A stretch of 64,000 nt of DNA from positions 1-64,000 of the IMG/VR virus record IMGVR_UViG_3300027973_000043. One strand, 5' to 3'. Both the position numbers and the translations under genes were made by a program. The notes below the pieces were generated by a model that was not told the DNA's origin, did no database searches, and saw only the letters and a program-made list of their open reading frames with translations. Origin of the DNA: a virus. Shown here in pieces: positions 39,814 to 49,511 of this stretch (positions are counted from its first letter, which is position 1; the number at the start of each line of letters is the position of its first letter).

Positions 39814-40809
39814 TTAATCGGTCAGGTATACATAATAACCATCTTCAAATTCTTGCCAATAATAACCAAGAACATCAAGAGCATCAAGCACTCGTTGACG
39901 AGAAGGATATTCAGGAGAGAAAGAATTTTGAATCTTACGAATAGAAACACTTTCCTCACCTTTTTCAAGCTGACGAGTCAAATATGCATAAATACGATCA
40001 ACAAATTCGTCACGATTTTCATCAGAAACACTTTTCATAGGAGTATTGTCTTCGGAAACTGCAAGTGCAGTAATTTCAGAAATATATTCACTTACAACAG
40101 TGTATGCACTTACACGACACTTCTGACAATTATAATCACTTGGAACGCTTACAACGTCTTTTGGATTTACTTTTACTACAACTATTTTACCTTGGGAGAA
40201 ACTAGAAGCATAATCATGGCTACCAACATGTAAACCGTTTGAACAGTGATTTGCACGATTATCATCAACATCACGACGAAGAACTTCAATTTCTTCGCCA
40301 ATTCCGTTAAAGATGTGTCCTTGTTCATCAACTTCACCTTTAAGAACTTTTGTATCTTTGTTGCCATTAATACTCCAGAAGTTATTTAAAAGACCTTTAT
40401 AAGCAAGAAAACAACCATCTTCTGTAAGAGGAAGTTCCTTATATGCAAGGAAATCATACAATTCGTTTACGCTAGTTTGCGATGGATTGTCACGAAGATT
40501 TTTCCAAAACTTTTTAAACAAATTTATAGGAAGATCTTGAGCTACAAGATCTAAAACCTTTTTGGCAAGAATAGGTGGAAGCTTTTCACCTTCAAGGTAA
40601 ACATCTTGATCTTTAACTTCAAAGTCTTTTTCTGTTTGAAGACTATTATTGCTAGAAGAAATAATATCTTTTACAGCAGACTCTTGCTCATCTTCTGGAA
40701 GATCAAAACACTTAATGATCTTTGAGAAGCGAAAGTCTGTTTTTCCAACTTTTGTTGGTTTGTTGTCAAAGAATAATACGATGCTTTTGCTGTTGATGAT
40801 GTATTGCAT
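39814..40809 (-). CDS. rIIB: rIIB-like protein
   Basis: ELYDFL ... LTEDGCFLAYK ... CSNGLHVG ... KVNPKDVVSVP.DY ... KCRV; downstream of rIIA. Confidence 0.85.
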   Translation of the reverse strand: MQYIINSKSIVLFFDNKPTKVGKTDFRFSKIIKCFDLPEDEQESAVKDIISSSNNSLQTEKDFEVKDQDVYLEGEKLPPILAKKVLDLVAQDLPINLFKKFWKNLRDNPSQTSVNELYDFLAYKELPLTEDGCFLAYKGLLNNFWSINGNKDTKVLKGEVDEQGHIFNGIGEEIEVLRRDVDDNRANHCSNGLHVGSHDYASSFSQGKIVVVKVNPKDVVSVPSDYNCQKCRVSAYTVVSEYISEITALAVSEDNTPMKSVSDENRDEFVDRIYAYLTRQLEKGEESVSIRKIQNSFSPEYPSRQRVLDALDVLGYYWQEFEDGYYVYLTD

Positions 40810-40845
40810 GGGATTTAATATACTATAGGTTTATGTGTCTGTCAA

Positions 40846-42762
40846 TTATTTTAGTGTGAGAATTTTACGAAGGTCTTTTCGAGAAATATATTTGTTGAAC
40901 CAATGACTTTTACTTTCACGTTGCATAGTTTCAAAAATAATTCCACGCAAACTCTTTTCATCAATAAGTTTTTTACAAATATTACTAGCTTTGATTAGAA
41001 ACTTTTTATTCTTTAAAAATTTCTTTTTGAACTTATCCTGTTCACTAAAAGAAAAGAAATTAAAAGTAACTAATTCTGTCATTTTATTAAATTCTTTTTC
41101 TTGATTTGTCTTTTCTTCAATCTTTTTAATTACTGCTAAATATTCTGGTGAATGTGCTTTAAACCAACCAAGCTCAATTAAAAAATTAAACATGTTTCCA
41201 CTTAATGTTTTTACTTTATTAGTAGTTGTAGAAGTATTTTCAATTGTAAAACGATTTAAATTATTAAAATTTACCCAATCAGTATTTTTTAATTGTTCTT
41301 TAGCTTCATTAATATCTTTTGCTTCTGAAAGATTCAGATCTTTTCTTACGTAGTTATGAATCTCAAGAGCAGTACCTATAAAATCTCTAGAACGCCAATC
41401 AGAACTAAAAACGACTTTTGCTTTAAAAGTGTTAATAGATATTTGATTTTTATTAGTTTTAGGCCAATTAAAAAATGAGCTTTTTACCTTTTTGAAAAGA
41501 AAAAGTTCTTCTAATTTTTTCTTATCGTCTTCACTGCATCGCTCATAATATGCATCAGTAACATACATATAACACTTACTCTTAGAAATTACATGATTGC
41601 AAAACTTTTTAATCCAATAATCTTTACTGTCTTTATTTGGAATAAGAGCAACAATTTTCTTGTTATCTTTTTCTTCAATTTTAAGACTTACGGTAACTTG
41701 CTTTAAATCACGAAGAAGATGATAAAGGTTTGGATAGAGGTCTGCTTTTTTAAAATCAAAAAACTTACCGTAAAGATACATTTCGTTAACGTTAGCTAAC
41801 AGTTCTTCAACAGAAAGAAGAGATTGTTTTTTTGCATCCTCATTGTAGATATGGTTAATGTGATTTTTAATAGATTCGAGGTTTCTCTTGTTAGAAACAG
41901 TATCTTCAAAACTTTCACGGGAAATTGGAAGACTCATTTTTCCAATAGGAATTTCTACCACAAGAAAATGATTTTGTTTCATCAAAACATTTAGAGTAAT
42001 TTGAACAATACTATCAGTTTTATAAATGACTTCTCCCATTTTATAATAAACATCAGCACAATAGGTAGATTTTGGATTTTTTTTATAAAGTTTAAACAAA
42101 AATCCATTATTTTCAACTGTTTCAACAGGAGAAAAAGGAACATTAAGTTCATCATTATAATAAAACTCAATATTTTTGCTGCAAGTATCTACTACAGAAA
42201 GTGTACATTTGTAAAAATTACTAATACTAGAAGGTTCAACTTCTACAGAAATTTCAAGACCAGTTTCATTCGTTGGTTCTTCACTAATCTTCATAATCTG
42301 ACCAACAGGAACACCGTTTTTGCCTCCACCAAGAACACAAGTGTAAAGAGTGCAAACACCGTTGTGAAAGCTTTTAACATAAAAAGAATCAGTGTAGCAG
42401 TGTGCTGCTTTAGAACCTAATCCAAAGCAACCTGATTGTTTATTATCTTCTCTTTTAGAACTCTTGAAATACATTCCAAACACATTACGAACATCATTTT
42501 CGTTCAATCCCATAGCATAATCACGAACAGAAAATACATTGTTTACTAAACGAACTGTAACAGGTTTTTCGATATTGTATTTAACGTGCTCATCAAGAGC
42601 ATTTGTAATATATTCACGAACAACAGCAAGTACTTTGTCGCTATAAATCTTGTCACGAAGAAAGTAACAAGCTTGGTCCATTCCAGAAGAATCCATTCCC
42701 ATTACAGAACTTGGCATTTCTTCGGAGACGATAAGAGGATTTGTAGTTAGCTGCATTTTCAT
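40846..42762 (-). CDS. rIIA: rIIA-like protein with an N-terminal GHKL ATPase
   Basis: IYSDKVLAVVREYITNALD, VRDYAMGL, YFKSSK and GCFGLGSK motifs. Confidence 0.85.
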   Translation of the reverse strand: MKMQLTTNPLIVSEEMPSSVMGMDSSGMDQACYFLRDKIYSDKVLAVVREYITNALDEHVKYNIEKPVTVRLVNNVFSVRDYAMGLNENDVRNVFGMYFKSSKREDNKQSGCFGLGSKAAHCYTDSFYVKSFHNGVCTLYTCVLGGGKNGVPVGQIMKISEEPTNETGLEISVEVEPSSISNFYKCTLSVVDTCSKNIEFYYNDELNVPFSPVETVENNGFLFKLYKKNPKSTYCADVYYKMGEVIYKTDSIVQITLNVLMKQNHFLVVEIPIGKMSLPISRESFEDTVSNKRNLESIKNHINHIYNEDAKKQSLLSVEELLANVNEMYLYGKFFDFKKADLYPNLYHLLRDLKQVTVSLKIEEKDNKKIVALIPNKDSKDYWIKKFCNHVISKSKCYMYVTDAYYERCSEDDKKKLEELFLFKKVKSSFFNWPKTNKNQISINTFKAKVVFSSDWRSRDFIGTALEIHNYVRKDLNLSEAKDINEAKEQLKNTDWVNFNNLNRFTIENTSTTTNKVKTLSGNMFNFLIELGWFKAHSPEYLAVIKKIEEKTNQEKEFNKMTELVTFNFFSFSEQDKFKKKFLKNKKFLIKASNICKKLIDEKSLRGIIFETMQRESKSHWFNKYISRKDLRKILTLK

Positions 42763-42840
42763 AGGCGCGAATAATATAAAGAGGAAAGAAAGGTTGTCAA
42801 ATAAATAAAATCATGAACTTTAAAACATCAAAAAAAAAAT

Positions 42841-42902
42841 AAATACTATAAATACATATATCATATGGATAATTTATCTCTAATATACGAAAATAGTTTA
42901 CA
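42841..42902 (+). repeat. 62-bp direct repeat, copy 1 (late promoter plus MDNLSLIYENSL leader)
   Basis: One mismatch to 43658..43719. Confidence 0.95.
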
Positions 42903-43625
42903 TAATAGAATTCGTCGCGATGTCGTTCAAGAATTTATATATCAAAAAACTAATAACAAACATCAAAAAGCAGAATATATGATTGAACATGTATTAAATG
43001 TTTCAGAGTTAGAATATTAACAGAACAAGGATTTTTAAAGAAAATAGGTCAAGGTGTTAAAAATATTGCTAAAAAAGCTGCACCTTATGCAGCAGCAGGA
43101 TTAATGGCAGCAGGTGCAGCAAGAGGTGAAACTCATATGGAAAATCCGCAGGCAATGAGAACTAATCAATATCAAGAACAAGATTTTAGGGTTAAATCTT
43201 TTGAATCCCAGGTGGAATCTTTAAGAGAAGTGGAGCAGAAATGGTCCGGGGTTTTAAACGAAATACAAAGAATAAATCGAAACCTGACATTGTCCAAGAG
43301 AAATAATCCTGAACTCGAACTTCGTCAAAGAGAAAATATTTTAAAATTACAAGACGTACGCAATAACATAATTATTGGATTTACTGACGATATTGAACAG
43401 GAAAATGAAATTCGTCGCGAGTACAATGAATTGCGTCCCGAGGACAGAAAACCAGAGTTAACCGTGTCTGTAAAAAGATTAAATCAAATTATAGAAGGTA
43501 TGAAGTTAAATACTTCTAATTTTGATAATTTGGGAGATTATGTTGATAAAATGTCTAAAGCAGTTAGTGCATTAGAACAAGAAGCGATGAACATCCAAAA
43601 AATAATAGGTGGGAATGGATACTGA
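42865..43625 (+). pseudogene. Coiled-coil protein gene with a one-base frameshift near 43013
   Basis: MDNLSL ... SELEY* continues in the -1 frame as ILTEQGFLKKIG ... into ORF 43104..43625. Confidence 0.6.
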
Positions 43626-43657
43626 AAGTAGCGCGTTGAACTGAGAAAGATAGTAGA

Positions 43658-43719
43658 AAATACTATAAGTACATATATCATATGGATAATTTATCTCTAA
43701 TATACGAAAATAGTTTACA
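43658..43719 (+). repeat. 62-bp direct repeat, copy 2 (leader with no gene body)
   Basis: Encodes MDNLSLIYENSLQITAIVI*. Confidence 0.95.
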
Positions 43720-43755
43720 AATCACCGCAATTGTAATATAAATATAAATATCATA

Positions 43756-43910
43756 CCGTTCTTTTAAACTTACAAAAATCTAAAGTCATATTTTTAAGAT
43801 ATACACTCTCGATTTTTTGTTAAATTCTTCGTTCAACGACGGGCTAACCAAACTTGCGTTTGATGAACTCCCATCTCCAGAAGCGTCAATTCGGGAAGAA
43901 CTTTCCCTAT
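43756..43910 (-). ncRNA. Probable TnpB omega-RNA scaffold overlapping the tnpB 3' end
   Basis: Position at the right end; GACGCTTCTGGAG ... CCCGTCGTTGAACGAAGAA resembles IS607 TnpB 3' regions; limits approximate. Confidence 0.55.
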
Positions 43911-45006
43911 AAATTTGTTTTAGATTCAAACTCGCATTTAAATCTCTGTCTATTTTCATATCGCATACCTTACATTCAAATATTCTGTCTGTCAACTTCA
44001 AATCTGAATTTTTCCATCCACAACATGAACATAGTTTAGAACTAGGATAAAAAGTATCTGCAAAGATAACTTTTCTATTATTCCATTCTGCTTTGTAAAT
44101 GATTTGACGGCGAAATTCGTGAAGTCCAACATCACTAATAGCTTGCGCCAAACAATGATTTTTCATCATATTGCTCACTTTCAAATCTTCCAAAACTATA
44201 ACTTGGTTTTCGTCTATAATTTTAGAAGTGATTTTATGCAAGCAATCTTTACGAATGTTTGATATGTGAAAATGTAATTTCGCTAATTTTTGTTTTGCTT
44301 TTCCATAATTTTTACTTCCTTTTTTCTTTCTGCTTAATTGTCTTTGTTTTCTTTTAAGTTTCTTTAAATTATTTTTAAGTGCTTTGGGATTTTCATAAGC
44401 TGTCCCGTCTGAGCAAGTAGCCAGAGTTTTAATCCCTAAATCTATCCCTATTACCTCGTTCTTAGCGTCAGAATGCTCTCTGTCGGGCGTTTCTACTTGA
44501 ACTGATACAAACCACTTACCCGCTCGTTTGGAGACTGTAGCAGACAATATTTTACAATCAGTAGGAATATAATCTTTCTCCGCTAATTTAAGTTTTCCAA
44601 TTCTAGGTAATTTAATACAACCAGATTCAACCGAAATTACTCCATCCAATCTAAATGATTGCTTTTCGTTCTTTTTGGATTTGAATTTGGGGAATCCTTT
44701 CTTACCTTTGACCTTTTTCTTGCAACGGATGAAGAAATTTTGAAATGCTTTGTCGCAATCTCTTAGTGCATTTTGCGGCGAAGTCTTGCTTGAATTATAC
44801 ATCCAAGGAACATCTGATTGTTTTAGCTTGTTTAACTCTCTATGTAATTCAATAGCATTAGGAATCTTTTCTTTTTTATCAAACGATTCTTTCTTATTAG
44901 ATAATGCCCAATTATATGCCCATCTAGCACAACCAATATGCTGCAATAACAAGTTTTGTTGCTTGTTATTGACATCTAGTTGAACTTTATAGGCGCGTAA
45001 AATCAT
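43786..45006 (-). CDS. tnpB: RNA-guided endonuclease TnpB
   Basis: RAYK ... RWAYN, GIDLG, VLEDL, CSCC..CKVC, DRDLNA; RuvC D-E-D intact. Confidence 0.95.
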   Translation of the reverse strand: MILRAYKVQLDVNNKQQNLLLQHIGCARWAYNWALSNKKESFDKKEKIPNAIELHRELNKLKQSDVPWMYNSSKTSPQNALRDCDKAFQNFFIRCKKKVKGKKGFPKFKSKKNEKQSFRLDGVISVESGCIKLPRIGKLKLAEKDYIPTDCKILSATVSKRAGKWFVSVQVETPDREHSDAKNEVIGIDLGIKTLATCSDGTAYENPKALKNNLKKLKRKQRQLSRKKKGSKNYGKAKQKLAKLHFHISNIRKDCLHKITSKIIDENQVIVLEDLKVSNMMKNHCLAQAISDVGLHEFRRQIIYKAEWNNRKVIFADTFYPSSKLCSCCGWKNSDLKLTDRIFECKVCDMKIDRDLNASLNLKQIYRESSSRIDASGDGSSSNASLVSPSLNEEFNKKSRVYILKI

Positions 45007-45728
45007 TTTAATCTTTCTAAACAAATATCGTAATACTCTTGTTCCTTTTCAATCCCAATGAATTGACGATTGAGATTTTTAGCGGCAAGTAAGGTTGAGC
45101 CTGAACCAGCACAATTATCAAGAATTAATTCCCCCTCATTACTATATGTTTTAATCAGATACTCTAAAAGTTCTACGGGTTTTTGAGTTGGGTGCAACTT
45201 TCCGTTACGATTTGGGACAACTTTAAAATCTAAAACAGAACTAGGTTGAACAAAATTTGGGTCATATTTCTTTTTGATTTTATCTAGTTTTACATGATTA
45301 GAATCGCCACAATAATGGTCATAATTATAACAAGCCTTGCCAACACCAACTCGCTCTTTCATAATAGGGTTATATGTAGGTTGTTCGCGATGGAAAACAA
45401 GAATGTCTTCGTGATATTTCATTGGTCTATACTTTGCCGCCGACATTCCAGTTGGAACGTTCTTATTCCAAACTAAAGGATACTTAAAATTTTTTCTGTT
45501 GGATAGTATCAAATCCGTGGTAAATGGTTGACTGGCAAATAATACAACTGCCGCATTAGACTTGCATATTCTGTTGTATTGTTCCCACAATTCATCAAAC
45601 GGAATAATTACATCCCATGCACAAGAAATAGTGCCATATGGTAAATCACATAAAATCATATCTATGCTCCCGTCTGGAATATTTTTCATCAACTCTAAAC
45701 AATCTCCATACCAAATTTGTTGTTTCAT
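45003..45728 (-). CDS. Beta-class N6-adenine/N4-cytosine DNA methyltransferase
   Basis: GDCLE, CDLPYG, HPTQKPV and LDNCAGSGST motifs. Confidence 0.93.
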   Translation of the reverse strand: MKQQIWYGDCLELMKNIPDGSIDMILCDLPYGTISCAWDVIIPFDELWEQYNRICKSNAAVVLFASQPFTTDLILSNRKNFKYPLVWNKNVPTGMSAAKYRPMKYHEDILVFHREQPTYNPIMKERVGVGKACYNYDHYCGDSNHVKLDKIKKKYDPNFVQPSSVLDFKVVPNRNGKLHPTQKPVELLEYLIKTYSNEGELILDNCAGSGSTLLAAKNLNRQFIGIEKEQEYYDICLERLK

Positions 45729-46357
45729 TCTGCCTCCTCCTTTTCTTTCTTTTTACGGTTCTGACTTGAACGCCTTCCGTAAATTTTCGCCGAAAATGAT
45801 GCCATCAAAGATAGAATATCTTCCACCAGTTCGTTTTCAAAACTCTTACTCATTACCTCTTCAACCTTCTCAATCCTAACTCCATAAGAATTAAAATAAG
45901 ACAAAAGATAATTAAAACAAAATCTCGACAATCTATCTTTATGTTCAATTAAAACCACATCAATTTCTTTCTGCTCAACCAATTCAAAGAGTTTCTGCAA
46001 TTTCTTACGATTATCATTCATTCCCGAACCAACTTCGTCAAAAACAGCAATGATAGAATAACCGCGCTTTAATGCTTCCGTAGTCATTCTGCCAACTTGT
46101 CTTTCTAAATCACCTTTGGTCTTCTGCTCATGCGAGCTAACGCGACAATAAATGCCCACACGCTTACCATCTGACACTTTAACGGGTTCTACATAGATTC
46201 CTGCCAACTTCTCAATATCGGCTCTATAATAACGTCTATGACCACCTTCTGTATGAAATGGTGTTAATTTGCCTTCACGCTCCCAATTTCTAAGGGTTTC
46301 GTCAGAAACGCCCAAAATAGATGCAGCATCGCTGATTGATAGAATCTTTTTATCCAT
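45725..46357 (-). CDS. tnpA: IS607 transposase (MerR-type HTH plus serine recombinase)
   Basis: LGVSDETLRNWE ... GGHRRY; YCRVSS ... DLERQ; EHKDRLSRF; ELVEDI ... FSAKIYG. Confidence 0.95.
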   Translation of the reverse strand: MDKKILSISDAASILGVSDETLRNWEREGKLTPFHTEGGHRRYYRADIEKLAGIYVEPVKVSDGKRVGIYCRVSSHEQKTKGDLERQVGRMTTEALKRGYSIIAVFDEVGSGMNDNRKKLQKLFELVEQKEIDVVLIEHKDRLSRFCFNYLLSYFNSYGVRIEKVEEVMSKSFENELVEDILSLMASFSAKIYGRRSSQNRKKKEKEEAE

Positions 46358-46526
46358 TTTTGTCTATCAATCCTTTCTGTTGAAATATTCTAAACCATTC
46401 GTCATAGATTCGTTGAAATTCCTCTATTGTTGGGACTTCATCTAATTCAAACGGAATATCATGGATAACTCCATCATCTGTTTCAAATTCTGTTGTTGTA
46501 ACTCTTGTAATCATTTTTGGCTTCAT
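46350..46526 (-). CDS. Small acidic ORF (58 aa) upstream of tnpA, missing from the ORF track
   Basis: MKPKMITRVTTTEFETDDG ...; stop overlaps the tnpA start. Confidence 0.6.
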   Translation of the reverse strand: MKPKMITRVTTTEFETDDGVIHDIPFELDEVPTIEEFQRIYDEWFRIFQQKGLIDKNG

Positions 46527-46746
46527 ATATATTTACACTAAAAGTTTAGATTTTGGAAGAAAAAAGTGAAAATATTTTAACTTTCTTTAGATATTTTAGA
46601 TTATCGGGTAACTGTTGTCAACCCGCCACGCCTCTCCACGATGCGAAATTTGGCGGGTTTTTTATATCAAAAACATTAAGCAATAAAAAATCCTTTTACA
46701 GAAAACATTTAAATTATGAGTGATATATATTGGCTAAACAAGGACT

Positions 46747-47004
46747 CTAAAGCTTTTTTACTTTTTTCTTTCTGCTTTTTTTCATAACTTCCTGATTGAG
46801 GCGAATTTGAATATTTTTAACTTTTGAATTTAAAATGTTGCATTGTGTAGAATATCCCGGTGCATAGTGTGGACGACCTCCGCTCACTGAAACATATTTC
46901 TTTCGGCATTCATTTAATTCGTCTTGAATTTCTTTGTATTGAACTAATAATTCTTTAATAGCAGGAGAAGAATTAAAATGAATAATGTTCAAAAGATTTT
47001 TCAT
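46747..47004 (-). CDS. Hypothetical protein
   Basis: Coupled ORF. Confidence 0.5.
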   Translation of the reverse strand: MKNLLNIIHFNSSPAIKELLVQYKEIQDELNECRKKYVSVSGGRPHYAPGYSTQCNILNSKVKNIQIRLNQEVMKKSRKKKVKKL

Positions 47005-47510
47005 TAAATTTTACAGATAAAAACATTTTTGTGAGAGTTCAGAAAAATCTTCTCGATAATTTCTTCTACAAGATTCCAATCAGCACCACCAAGACCACAT
47101 CCAATTTTATATGGAATATAAATGTCTGTTAATGTATTGGCTACATCTTCTAAACCAATACCACTAAAATAAATAGTTTCTTTATCATCACCATAGAAAT
47201 TTGTACTTGCGATTCTTTTGAAACCTGTAATGAGTGCAGAGTATTCTGTTTGTTGTTCTTTTGTTCCAATATTGTCTTGTCCAAACAAATTAGCAACAAT
47301 AACATTATGAGCTACATTCACTTGAAACACGCTTCCTAATAGCATAATTGGTAGTTTTTGACGTTTGATATGAGCACGATATTCATCAGCGTTTTTGGGC
47401 CATTTGTGTGCAATTGCACCTGCAAGTCCACCAACTGCTCCAATGCAATTAACAGAATGAACGATTACTCCTTTATCTACTGTAAGAATGTCTTTATTGA
47501 TTATATTCAT
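47004..47510 (-). CDS. Macro-domain (ADP-ribose processing) protein
   Basis: DIL ... HSVNCIGAVGGLA ... ANLFGQ ... PYKIGCGLGGADW. Confidence 0.88.
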   Translation of the reverse strand: MNIINKDILTVDKGVIVHSVNCIGAVGGLAGAIAHKWPKNADEYRAHIKRQKLPIMLLGSVFQVNVAHNVIVANLFGQDNIGTKEQQTEYSALITGFKRIASTNFYGDDKETIYFSGIGLEDVANTLTDIYIPYKIGCGLGGADWNLVEEIIEKIFLNSHKNVFICKI

Positions 47511-47971
47511 AAATTTAAAAGTTTTTTATTTTCCATAATATTTCCAACCACTTCCATAGTTGGCAGCGGAGTAAATGGCCATGAACTACTTTCCGTTCCA
47601 TCAAAATGAAGAAGCACCCAACCATAATGCTCCCATGCTACTAAGTCAACAAAATCTGCTTTTGGATCATCAAAATAGTATTTAACAATGTCACCTTCAT
47701 AAATTTCAACTCCTTTGGGGTCTTTTAATCCAGTGTATTGCTGGATAACATATCTTGGTTCTTTGATTAGTTTTCCATCTTCCCAATAATAATCATTAGC
47801 AGGTGAAGCAGAAAAATTCTCACCATTCTCGTCGCAAGTTTCAACATAATCAACAACATTACCTGTGAATGGGCAAATTGTCCAATTGCTGTTGCAATGA
47901 AAACTGCTGCTGTTTTCTAGCCACTTTTTATTCTGTTTATCCCAAATGCGGAACTTTATTTGTCTATTCAT
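47507..47971 (-). CDS. YopX-family protein (copy 3)
   Basis: IKFRIWDK, QYTGLKD..G.EIYEGDI, EVVGNI.EN. Confidence 0.88.
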   Translation of the reverse strand: MNRQIKFRIWDKQNKKWLENSSSFHCNSNWTICPFTGNVVDYVETCDENGENFSASPANDYYWEDGKLIKEPRYVIQQYTGLKDPKGVEIYEGDIVKYYFDDPKADFVDLVAWEHYGWVLLHFDGTESSSWPFTPLPTMEVVGNIMENKKLLNL

Positions 47972-48401
47972 TGTTTTTAAAATAGTCAGGATTTTCACAA
48001 ACATTACCAACGACTTCTACATCAATCCATGATGGATCATAATCAGGTGAAAATATACAAGCGTCTTTAGGTAGAAACTCTATAAGAGGATTTGATGCTA
48101 AAGAAAACCCCCCAATAATAAAGTCAATAGGTCCAGTCACCATTCCAGCGTTACAAATATCACCTTCGTAGATTTCTTTTCCATTTTTATCTTTTAATCC
48201 AGTGTATTGCTGTAGAATGAAACGATCACCATAATCTTGCAGAATAATATCTCCATCATAAGAGCCATCTTCTCTTTGAACTCTTTCCCAAAAGAAAATT
48301 TGACCATGCGAGGTATCAAAAAATGGATCACGGTTTGTCCATTCGGCAAATTGTTTTAATTGTTTATCCCAAGTGCGGAATTTTAGTTGTTTATTATTCA
48401 T
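47964..48401 (-). CDS. YopX-family protein (copy 2)
   Basis: LKFRTWDK, QYTGLKDKNGKEIYEGDI. Confidence 0.88.
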   Translation of the reverse strand: MNNKQLKFRTWDKQLKQFAEWTNRDPFFDTSHGQIFFWERVQREDGSYDGDIILQDYGDRFILQQYTGLKDKNGKEIYEGDICNAGMVTGPIDFIIGGFSLASNPLIEFLPKDACIFSPDYDPSWIDVEVVGNVCENPDYFKNNE

Positions 48402-48774
48402 TGTTTTTAAAATAGTCAGGATTTTCAAAAATGTTGCCAATAATTTCTGCTTCTCCAATCCAGCCTCGCCACAATGCATGTTCTCCATGTGTAAATGACG
48501 CATAATCTTCTGAGTACGAGATTGCTTCAGTGACTTCTTGATCAGCATATTTGCAGGTAAGAATATCACCTTCGTAAATGTCATTACCTTTGGAATCTTT
48601 TAATCCTGTGTATTGCTGGATAACATAATCATTTTCTAGCAAAACATCATCATAACCGCCATGATAAACTAGACCCACCAAAGAGATTGCTAAGCGTTTA
48701 TGTGAAGCATCCCATTCATAAATCCACTCTTTATTCTGTTTATCCCAGATGCGGAATTTTAGTTGTCTATTCAT
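48394..48774 (-). CDS. YopX-family protein (copy 1)
   Basis: LKFRIWDK, QYTGLKD, EIIGNIFENP. Confidence 0.88.
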   Translation of the reverse strand: MNRQLKFRIWDKQNKEWIYEWDASHKRLAISLVGLVYHGGYDDVLLENDYVIQQYTGLKDSKGNDIYEGDILTCKYADQEVTEAISYSEDYASFTHGEHALWRGWIGEAEIIGNIFENPDYFKNNE

Positions 48775-49060
48775 TTGTTTCCTCCTTTATTGGCCATTCA
48801 AACATAGAGCGGTGAAAGAAATGGTCACCTTCAATTTCATCCAACCAAACAGCGCACCAGCTAGAGTAAACTTTACATTTACGAACTGTATAAATTTCTC
48901 CAGCCTTTAAGTTGTCTTTAGCAAATTGAATAACATTGGTGAAGTGTGGATAGAACATTCCTTCAGCATTTTTGAATTTTACTTTATCACCAACGTTGGG
49001 CCATTTGCTTTCTTGCAAATGCTTAAACATTTCTAGGTTGTTATTCATTTGTTCAGTCAT
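48767..49060 (-). CDS. Hypothetical protein
   Basis: Coupled ORF. Confidence 0.55.
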   Translation of the reverse strand: MTEQMNNNLEMFKHLQESKWPNVGDKVKFKNAEGMFYPHFTNVIQFAKDNLKAGEIYTVRKCKVYSSWCAVWLDEIEGDHFFHRSMFEWPIKEETNE

Positions 49061-49072
49061 CGGTCAAAAGGA

Positions 49073-49510
49073 TTAAAGTTTCTTCAGCTTTTCATAATAT
49101 TCTGCCATCATATTATACAGCAAATGATTTGGAACCGCTCGTTTATAACCATCAGCGTGCCATTCATATCCCAAATAATATACACAAAATTGGGAAACTG
49201 CGGAACTGCGCGAGACGCCCGCCTTACAGTTGACCACCACATTTTTACCCTGGTGTGCCAATAAAAAATCCACAATTTCTTTCGCATCATATTCAGTAGG
49301 AGGATAAAAATACTCACTTAATTCAATTCTTTGAACTGGTGCAGTTAGATCCCAGAATCGTATTTTTAAATTGGGTATTTGATCAAGAATCGAATTTTGA
49401 ATATGTGGTTTTTCCGGTTCTTGAATACTAATCCAAATATTTTTATCTGGATCAACCGGGGGTTTCCAATTGACAGCTTCTATTCTAGATATGTTATTAA
49501 TAATAGGCAT
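49073..49510 (-). CDS. Cys-based protein tyrosine/dual-specificity phosphatase-like protein
   Basis: ISI ... FWD ... VNCKAGVSRS (CX5R) ... PN. Confidence 0.85.
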   Translation of the reverse strand: MPIINNISRIEAVNWKPPVDPDKNIWISIQEPEKPHIQNSILDQIPNLKIRFWDLTAPVQRIELSEYFYPPTEYDAKEIVDFLLAHQGKNVVVNCKAGVSRSSAVSQFCVYYLGYEWHADGYKRAVPNHLLYNMMAEYYEKLKKL

Positions 49511-49511
49511 A

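Larger units (their letters stand above)
43756..46623 (-). mobile_element. IS607-family element with cargo: small ORF, tnpA, DNA methyltransferase, tnpB
   Basis: Serine recombinase plus TnpB; putative GG ends (GG|TTGACAACAG ... AGAACGG); subterminal AATCTAAA-like repeats; boundaries inferred. Confidence 0.75.
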
